DNA from: Roseibacillus sp.
GTDB lineage: Bacteria; Verrucomicrobiota; Verrucomicrobiia; Verrucomicrobiales; Akkermansiaceae
Assembly (NCBI GenBank): GCA_965242925.1
Contig: CBDEUM010000022.1
Location: 96,001-160,000 of the forward strand
Direction of reading: 5' to 3'
Length of the DNA: 64,000 bases
Each line of letters opens with the position of its first letter. Position 1 is the stretch's first letter. Positions 1-6,982 of this stretch are shown piece after piece. Under the pieces are notes generated by a model that had not been told where the DNA came from, searched no databases, and saw only the letters and a program-made list of their open reading frames with translations. The position numbers and the translations under genes are program-made.

Positions 1-95
1 AAGATTGCCAGATTCTTCATGGTGCGAACCTAGCGGCTGGGAGGACGCGGGCAAGAACCTAAGGATCCCGTCTCCCCGTCAGACCTCAGTCAACT

Positions 96-1583
96 TCACT
101 CCTTCCCCGCATCCTTCCGCTGCTGGATGAGGAACTCAAGCCGTCGAAGTTCCTCTCCCACCTCGCGCAGGTCGGCGGTGGCAAGATCATAGGAAGCCTT
201 GGCCGCCCCAAGGGCCTCCACGGCTTTCCTGGAGGCCGCGTCGTCCTTCTCCTTCTGGACCTTCGCCTGGACAACTCGTTCTTCCGCCGTGCGCACCAGG
301 CGCTGGGTGGCCTTGACGCGCCCCTCATGACGCCGCTGGATGGCACGCGCCTGGTTGACAATGCGCTCCGCATTCTGCTTTAGCCGTTCCGCATTGCGGA
401 CCTGCTGTTCCCAGTTCCGCCGCTGGGCCGCATCCTCGCGTGGAATGGCATCTCCCCTCTTCCTTGTTTCCTCGATCTTCTGCTCCGCCTGCTTTACCGC
501 CTCCAATTTTTTCTCGATGTCCTCGGCGGCCCGCTGGACCATCCTTTCATCCTGCTCCACCCGCCGGGACTTCTCCTTCACCTGTGCCTGCATGCGGGCC
601 ACGTTGCCCACCCCACGGGCGGCACCAGCCTTCAAGCGGGTGGCAATCTGCTGGGCCCGGATCCATTCCGCCTTGGCCTCGTTCATGGCTGCTTCCCGTC
701 GGGTCCGTTCCTCGCTCATCCCGGCAAGAGCCCCGGCAAACTCTGCGGGGGTGGCCTTCTCGCCCAGGGCTGCCGCAGCCAGTGGCCGTTCCGGCTCAAG
801 GGAGAGCCAGCGGGAACGGAATAATTCCATCAGGGGCTGCGCGCTCTCCTTCCGGATTCCCGAGAGCTCGTCCCTTCCTATGCGAAAATCGCGATAGGGC
901 GAGTGCGGCAGGATCACGCCACCCTCTGCAAGAAGGATCTCCCTGCACCGCAGTCGCGACCCATCGGCCAGAAAGAGCGACCAACCCTCCAACACTCCGG
1001 TCACGGGCGCCCGCAGGACCACTGCCATCGCTTCCGTCCGCACCGAAAAGGACTTCCGCCCCAGGAGGAGGGACTCGACAGTCACCCGCCCCTCTGCCAA
1101 TCCGACCACGCGACCTTCCATGAAATCGCCGTCACGCAGGAAAACGCCCTGCCGGTCGAAACGCAGCGCCGCGGCGTCCCGCGATCGCAGGGGCTGAAAG
1201 AAAAGGGCGGTGGTATTCTGCCTGGTCAGCAGCAGGGTTTCATCCTGCGGTGCGAAGGTCACTACCTTCCCGTCCATCTTCACCGCCGCCCGGGCCAGGA
1301 AACTGCCATTGGTGGTAAGCACTCCGGTTCCACCGATGCGCCACTGCTGGTCCTCGCCCTTGAGATCCAGGGAGGCAAGGTCTGTCAGCGCAATACGCGC
1401 CCTTTCACCAACCTCGCTCACCACCTCGACGGCATCGCCGCCCTGAAAAATAACCGTCCCTTTTCTCGTCTCCCCCTTGGTGGTGGTCACCACATCAGCC
1501 CATGCCCCGGCGGACAGCCCCAACAGCGCCACCACCACGGAAGCGAACCTCACCCTCGCTGGCGCTTTCTGGGACAAGCTCAT
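96..1583 (-). CDS. Secreted hypothetical protein with beta-rich N-terminal region and long C-terminal coiled coil
   Basis: 495-aa ORF with a signal peptide (VVVALLGLSAGAWA/D) and an A/E/K/R/Q-rich heptad C-terminus; start overlaps the upstream stop by 4 nt. Confidence 0.8.
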   Translation of the reverse strand: MSLSQKAPARVRFASVVVALLGLSAGAWADVVTTTKGETRKGTVIFQGGDAVEVVSEVGERARIALTDLASLDLKGEDQQWRIGGTGVLTTNGSFLARAAVKMDGKVVTFAPQDETLLLTRQNTTALFFQPLRSRDAAALRFDRQGVFLRDGDFMEGRVVGLAEGRVTVESLLLGRKSFSVRTEAMAVVLRAPVTGVLEGWSLFLADGSRLRCREILLAEGGVILPHSPYRDFRIGRDELSGIRKESAQPLMELFRSRWLSLEPERPLAAAALGEKATPAEFAGALAGMSEERTRREAAMNEAKAEWIRAQQIATRLKAGAARGVGNVARMQAQVKEKSRRVEQDERMVQRAAEDIEKKLEAVKQAEQKIEETRKRGDAIPREDAAQRRNWEQQVRNAERLKQNAERIVNQARAIQRRHEGRVKATQRLVRTAEERVVQAKVQKEKDDAASRKAVEALGAAKASYDLATADLREVGEELRRLEFLIQQRKDAGKE

Positions 1584-2017
1584 TTTTGTTCCTTCTCAAT
1601 CAAGACAATATACTGCCTGCCCTCCTGCTCAAGCTGTTCAGCCGATTTTGATCTCTGCCGCCGGGACCAGGACCACCAGAGATTCATGTAGTAGAGCATC
1701 ATGAATCCGATCAATCCGGAAAAGGCGGCAAAAAGCAGGGAAGGTGCCACGAAGTCACCTCCAATTACAATCCCGACGATTAGCGCCACCAAGGTGAGCC
1801 CCAGAAGACCAACCATCACCGGTTTGGTCCTGGCTGGATTGAACATCGAAGACTGACAACGCACACAACTCATCTTCTCATACGTATCATCACTGTTGGC
1901 CCTGTAGGTTCTCCAAGTGAGGTGATCAAATTCATTATGGGCCTTGCACCGGTAGCACCAGTATCTCTTGGAGTCCGGCACAAGCGGGCTCCTCTCGAGT
2001 GGCTCCTCTCCGGTCAT
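1580..2017 (-). CDS. Small membrane protein with N-terminal CxxC...CxxC (zinc-ribbon-like) region and two TM helices
   Basis: CYRC and CVRC motifs followed by two hydrophobic segments; ATG at 2017 preferred (track start 2074). Confidence 0.7.
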   Translation of the reverse strand: MTGEEPLERSPLVPDSKRYWCYRCKAHNEFDHLTWRTYRANSDDTYEKMSCVRCQSSMFNPARTKPVMVGLLGLTLVALIVGIVIGGDFVAPSLLFAAFSGLIGFMMLYYMNLWWSWSRRQRSKSAEQLEQEGRQYIVLIEKEQK

Positions 2018-2094
2018 TCCAACCCACTCTAACGAACCGCCCCCCACGGGGCAACTCCCAGCCTCCATTTCCATCAGCAGGTCCCGGGAGACCG

Positions 2095-3675
2095 CTACCT
2101 GCCCTCCGCCTGCAGCTTCTGCACCATTTCAAGGGCCTTGCGAGCCGGTTCGAGATCCGGTTCCAGCTTCAGCGCCTCCTCCAGCATGCCCGCCGCCGCT
2201 CCCAGGTTCCCGTAACTCGCCAGCATGGTCCCGTAATCAAGATAGAACTCCGCCTGCGGTTCGAGGGCGAGGGCGCGCTCGAAGTGTGCCGCCGCCCGTT
2301 CCGCCTGCCGTTGCGCCTTGTATTTTTTCCCCCTCTCGTGGTGTCGGCGGGCGATCCCAGATTCGAGAGCCACCCGCCGACTGCCACTCGCCTGCTCATG
2401 GGCGGCTTCCAGGAAATAGAGCGCCTCTTCCGGAAGGCGCTCCTCGAATTGCCGTGCCATGAATTCCAACGCGTAGACCGGATCCACCGGCTTGGTAAAC
2501 CATCGCCCTGCCAGCGGAGGGGCCCAGGTGTGCCACCTCTCTCCATCCGCCGCACGAAGCGCCTTCAAATCCGCCTCGATGACAGCCGCCTCGAGCGATC
2601 CGCGGTAGATTCCCATCACTTCCCCCCCGCCCCCGCAGAGGAAGGCCATCGGAACGGTCATGGGAACGCTCACATCAAAGAGGGCCCGCTGAAATTCGTG
2701 CAGAGAGGCCAGCGAGGAACCCTCGAGGCTTCCCCACTCAAAGGGCCAACGCACTTCCTCCATCACGCCTGCTGCCTTCTCGCGTAATTCTTCTCCGTCC
2801 ACGTTGAGAGCGACAACCAGCGGCAACCCCATCACCCGATACATCCCAGCCGCCCGGGCCATGAGTCCCAACTCGCGCCTCGAAACCGGACAGTCCGCCG
2901 ACCAGAGCACAACCAGCTGGGGCGCCCCCTGGCCCATGAGCAGTCCCGGCTCTCCATCCGCACTCCTGAAGTCCAAAGGCGGGAGCAGAATCCTGGCCGG
3001 AGGGTTGATTCGGGCGGTGTCATCCCGACCTGCCAGAGACGGCGTCGCCGGAGTGGTCGCAATCGATCGGGGCGCTCTCTCTACCGGCACAGCCCCGCCA
3101 CTACCCTGCTTCAGGCGAAAGGCTCCCCCTGCCCCCAATCCTCCAAATTCCTCCACCTTGCCTCCCGGCCAGATCACCCGTGCCCTGCTCACCTTCCCGG
3201 GCTGTCCCAGTCCGAAATGCAGCCAGCGACTCGACTGCGACAGGAACAGATCCCCCGCCCGGACGGACCTGACGGATCGCACAGTCCCCGCCGCTCCCCC
3301 CGCCATCAGTTCGACCACCGCGCCAATGGCATTACGGTTGCACTCGCTGCCCTCAAGAAGCAGGGCCACAGAATCCCCCGTGTGTGTCGAGTTGTGTGAA
3401 TTCAGCATCAATCGCAGGCGGGGCGCGGTCCGGTCACGATACCAGAGGTCCAGATCGCCGTCCTGGTCCCAGTCCACCACCGCAAGCGCCCGTCCGTCGC
3501 CATCCTGATCCAGTCCGATTACCGAAGACACATCGGCAAATCCCCCCACCCGGTCGTTGAGAAGGCACCGGTTGCGTTCGCGTCCGCTCCACGAGCGCCC
3601 GTCCCGCACCATCTGCAGGAGAGCCGTCCAGGCATTGCCATAGATTCGAGGGTCGGCCTGCTGCTTCGGCGACAC
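2095..3675 (-). CDS. C-terminal part of CRTAC1/ASPIC-UnbV protein: FG-GAP repeat, ASPIC/UnbV, thioredoxin-like and TPR regions; probably fused to 3697-5619 by UGA recoding
   Basis: DWDQDGDLDLW repeat, NRNAIGAVV...SQSSRWLHFGLG (ASPIC/UnbV), LWSADCPVS, TPR-like C-terminus; no signal peptide; same frame as the upstream ORF. Confidence 0.85.
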   Translation of the reverse strand: MSPKQQADPRIYGNAWTALLQMVRDGRSWSGRERNRCLLNDRVGGFADVSSVIGLDQDGDGRALAVVDWDQDGDLDLWYRDRTAPRLRLMLNSHNSTHTGDSVALLLEGSECNRNAIGAVVELMAGGAAGTVRSVRSVRAGDLFLSQSSRWLHFGLGQPGKVSRARVIWPGGKVEEFGGLGAGGAFRLKQGSGGAVPVERAPRSIATTPATPSLAGRDDTARINPPARILLPPLDFRSADGEPGLLMGQGAPQLVVLWSADCPVSRRELGLMARAAGMYRVMGLPLVVALNVDGEELREKAAGVMEEVRWPFEWGSLEGSSLASLHEFQRALFDVSVPMTVPMAFLCGGGGEVMGIYRGSLEAAVIEADLKALRAADGERWHTWAPPLAGRWFTKPVDPVYALEFMARQFEERLPEEALYFLEAAHEQASGSRRVALESGIARRHHERGKKYKAQRQAERAAAHFERALALEPQAEFYLDYGTMLASYGNLGAAAGMLEEALKLEPDLEPARKALEMVQKLQAEGR

Positions 3676-3691
3676 GACCTGCCGCCAGAAG
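3664..3691 (-). promoter_or_regulatory. Putative bacterial SECIS hairpin just downstream of the in-frame UGA at 3697-3699
   Basis: mRNA UGA-AGUUU-CUUC-U-GGCGGCA-GGUCG-UGUCGCC-GAAG: 4-bp lower stem, bulged U, 7-bp upper stem, loop starting GG 17 nt after UGA. Confidence 0.7.
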
Positions 3692-3696
3692 AAACT

Positions 3697-5619
3697 TCAC
3701 AGATCATCAGGCTCCCGACCGGTGAGGAACCCGTTTGAAATCACCAGGTCCTCCCATCCATCGTTGTTGAGATCCCCGAAACCCGAACTCCAGGCCCACT
3801 GGCCCAGATGACTCCGGGTCGCTTCACTCACATCCTGGAATTTAGTTCCCTTCTCGCCCTGACCTCCCGCAAAGAGCGAATTTCCCCGGGCCATCCTCCG
3901 CAGATCTCCCACCAGCGCGGCATCGGCACCCTCCTTGAAGAACTCCTGCCGGCTCACCCGGTTCCCCGCCGCCGAAAACATGTTTCCCACGTAAAGGTCC
4001 GGGGCTCCGTCCCGGTTATAGTCGCCCCACGCCACCGACATTCCGGACGCCATATCCTCCAACTGCAACGCACCCGCAATTTGCCGGAAGTGCCCCCCCT
4101 CATTCCGGTAGAAGCAATTCCGACCGAAATCGTTGGCCACATAGAGATCCGGGTCGCCATCCCGGTCGTAGTCCTCCCAGGCCGCTCCAAAACTCCACCG
4201 GGTATTGTCGACGCCCAGGCCCACTGCTTCCGTGGCATCCGCAAACCCGAACATCCCGAGGTTTTTCAACAGGACGTTGCGCCCACCGTTCTCAGCATCA
4301 TTAAAGGGGAGAGGGGCTCTCACCTCGAATCCCCGCCGTTCCGCGTTGTCCCCCGCACTGTAGACACAGACATAAATATCCAGCAATCCGTCACTGTCGA
4401 AATCGGCCGCGCTCAGGGAGAAGGGATAACGCGCGCCCGGATGGCCACCCCGCAGGCTGAAAATTCCAGTGCCGTCGTTCTCCAGGAAGACGACCATTGC
4501 GATGGTTGCTACCACCAGGTCCTCGTCCCCGTCATTGTCGAGATCGACCAGCAGCGCGCTTCGTGAATCTTCCAGCCAGTTCACTCCCGCTTCGGCCGAG
4601 GTCTCCTCCACCGTGCCATCGGGCTGCTGGACATACAGCCGGTTCGGCAGACTTCCCGCGTCACAGACGTAGAGGTCCTCAAGTCCATCCCCATTGACGT
4701 CTCCCACCGCCAGTCCGTGATGCCCTGTCAGCGAAAAATCTCCCAGTCGTGTCAGCCTGGTGGCCCAGTCCCCGGTTCCCCGCAGAACCTGCTCACGGTA
4801 ATGGGGCGTCCCGCCCAGCACGACCGGCCCAACATCGACGAATCCCTGTCCCGGCTTTCTAACCAGGGACTCTTCATAGTGCCGCACCTGGAGAGATGCC
4901 AGCCGCGGAGGATCCTCCAGGGTCCAGCGAGTATACCACGAGGTAGTGACCTGGCGACGGAAGACTCCATCCGCTTCCCCGCTTCTCAACTCCACCATCA
5001 CCTCCGCGGAAAACCCTGAATCAAGTTCCTGCCCCGCCAGCACCTTGACCGACATGTCGGGAACCACGTCCGGAGCCCCCTTCCCCAACCAGTCAGCGCG
5101 GGTTGCCGCAAAGCCCTCCCACCCGTGATGGCTCTCCGCGTCGACAAGGGACTCCTCCGGGCGCAGGAACTGAATACCCCCGTGATTCTCCACCTCTTTG
5201 AGTCTGGCGGGACGCAGATCCGAACAGACGAAACTCTCCGCCAGCATTCCTGCCTCACCTGAAGCAAATAAGGCGTGCAACCTCCGGACCACCGCCGCGC
5301 TTCGGTTCTCGGATTCCCATTCCCTCCCCGGTTCCAGCTTCTCCAGCTCGGCCTCGATTCCCCCGGGTTCCGGGCGCCGCGAGCTCTGAACGGGGGTCCC
5401 CGCCACCACCCGCAGCACTCCCGATTCCTTGCCTCCCGGGCTTTCCCCCCGAACCTGGAGGGCCACCAACTCATCATCAAGGTCCAATGGCAGAGGCCTG
5501 GAATCACTCACCCCCGACTCCTGCAGAGGATCCCGGCCGGACGCCTCCTTCCTGTCACACCCCCCCAGACCCCACCCCAGCACACTTGTGGCGAAGACGA
5601 GAAAGAGACGAGCCGACAT
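3697..5619 (-). CDS. N-terminal part of CRTAC1-family lipoprotein with FG-GAP/VCBS repeats; ends at an in-frame TGA (candidate Sec codon)
   Basis: Lipoprotein signal from ATG 5619 (MSARLFLVFATSVLGWGLGG/C); repeats GDVNGDGLEDLY, DLDNDGDEDL, DFDSDGLLDIY, DYDRDGDPDLY, DYNRDGAPDLY, DLNNDGWEDL. Confidence 0.88.
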   Translation of the reverse strand: MSARLFLVFATSVLGWGLGGCDRKEASGRDPLQESGVSDSRPLPLDLDDELVALQVRGESPGGKESGVLRVVAGTPVQSSRRPEPGGIEAELEKLEPGREWESENRSAAVVRRLHALFASGEAGMLAESFVCSDLRPARLKEVENHGGIQFLRPEESLVDAESHHGWEGFAATRADWLGKGAPDVVPDMSVKVLAGQELDSGFSAEVMVELRSGEADGVFRRQVTTSWYTRWTLEDPPRLASLQVRHYEESLVRKPGQGFVDVGPVVLGGTPHYREQVLRGTGDWATRLTRLGDFSLTGHHGLAVGDVNGDGLEDLYVCDAGSLPNRLYVQQPDGTVEETSAEAGVNWLEDSRSALLVDLDNDGDEDLVVATIAMVVFLENDGTGIFSLRGGHPGARYPFSLSAADFDSDGLLDIYVCVYSAGDNAERRGFEVRAPLPFNDAENGGRNVLLKNLGMFGFADATEAVGLGVDNTRWSFGAAWEDYDRDGDPDLYVANDFGRNCFYRNEGGHFRQIAGALQLEDMASGMSVAWGDYNRDGAPDLYVGNMFSAAGNRVSRQEFFKEGADAALVGDLRRMARGNSLFAGGQGEKGTKFQDVSEATRSHLGQWAWSSGFGDLNNDGWEDLVISNGFLTGREPDDL

Positions 5620-5641
5620 CGGACGGAACAATCGTTTTTTC

Positions 5642-6982
5642 CTACAACGCGAGTGCCTCCCTGGCCTCTGCAAAAGCCCCGGCTGGAACTCCCATCCGCT
5701 GCATCATGGCGAGGTGGAGGCGCGACATGGACGTAGCACGCCAGGGCTTGAGATAACGTCCGGTCCTGAGCGTTCCATCTCCTCCACCTGCGAGCAGCAC
5801 AGGCAGATCCTTTTCCGCATGCTCATCTCCGTCAGCAATGCTCGACCCGTAGACAATCATCGAGCGCTCCAGCACACTCACCCCGTCTCCATCCTTGAGC
5901 TCCTTGAGCCGATCCAGGAACCAGGCCAATTGGGCGTGATGCCAACTGGTCACCTCGTTATACTGTTCCTTCTTGCTACGGACGCTGTCCCACTCCGTGA
6001 TCCCGTCGTCGTCTTCCGTCCGCCCACTGGCATTCTTCCAGTGTGAAAGGGCATGCCAGGTCCCCTTTACACCGGGCAGAAAGTTGAAGTAGCGGTTGCT
6101 CTGCCCGTGATCCAGCATGCAGGTCGAGACCCGCGTCGCCCCGGACCAGAATGCCAGGGCCATCAAGTCGAGCAATTGCCGCACATACTCCTCATGGCTG
6201 GCCGGGATTCCCGGCTTGGGACGTCTCAGGGTATCGGTCAGCGCATTATCCGCTCCGAGGCGTCTGCTCTGTTCCTCCGCAAAGGCAAGGCGCTTTTCGA
6301 TCGCCCGCACCGCCTCGAGATACTCGTCTATCTTCCGTTGGTCAGCCCCGCTGGCACGGCGTTTGAGATCCTTCGACTGGGCCAGGACCTGATCGATTAC
6401 GCTCTTGTCCACGAACCCTTCCTTCGCCTTCCGGAAAAGCTTGTCAAAGATGGCTCGCGGAACCGTCTCACGCACCGCAGGCACGTCGCGTGCCGTCCAC
6501 GACAGGCAGTTGCGGGAAAGACTTCCAGAAAAACTACCCTCTCCTGCAGTGCTCATTTCGAGAGACGGGAGGGGCGAACCGTCAGACAGGTGACGCGCCA
6601 CCAGTTGATCAACCGAGGGCCCACCCACGTCATTCCTCCGCCGGTCATAGGACCCGCCGGTGAGCCAGGTCGCCGTCCCCGCTCCATGCCCGTTGCCCCG
6701 GGGAGTCCACAGGTTCCGGGTCACGATCAGATCTTCCTTGTGATCCTCCAACGGGGCCATCCATTCATTAAGTTGCTCGAGTTTACCGTCGGATCCGACC
6801 TTGCGGGGAGTCCAGGAACCCTTGGACGAGCCGTTGGGAAAGTAGAGGTAGGCCAACCGCGTGGCCGAATCAGATCCGCCTGCCGCTGCCGGGACGGGCG
6901 CTCCCAGACTCTCCAGAGTGGGCAGGAATAGACAGGCTCCAGCTCCCCGCAGGAAGGCGCGCCGGTTGGAGGGCAGATTCAT
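5642..6982 (-). CDS. DUF1552 (HXXSHH) domain protein with Tat-like signal
   Basis: NRRAFLRGAG...LPTLESL N-terminus, YFPNG, SVDQLVA, HALSHW, LPVLLAGGG; downstream of its usual DUF1592 partner. Confidence 0.88.
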   Translation of the reverse strand: MNLPSNRRAFLRGAGACLFLPTLESLGAPVPAAAGGSDSATRLAYLYFPNGSSKGSWTPRKVGSDGKLEQLNEWMAPLEDHKEDLIVTRNLWTPRGNGHGAGTATWLTGGSYDRRRNDVGGPSVDQLVARHLSDGSPLPSLEMSTAGEGSFSGSLSRNCLSWTARDVPAVRETVPRAIFDKLFRKAKEGFVDKSVIDQVLAQSKDLKRRASGADQRKIDEYLEAVRAIEKRLAFAEEQSRRLGADNALTDTLRRPKPGIPASHEEYVRQLLDLMALAFWSGATRVSTCMLDHGQSNRYFNFLPGVKGTWHALSHWKNASGRTEDDDGITEWDSVRSKKEQYNEVTSWHHAQLAWFLDRLKELKDGDGVSVLERSMIVYGSSIADGDEHAEKDLPVLLAGGGDGTLRTGRYLKPWRATSMSRLHLAMMQRMGVPAGAFAEAREALAL

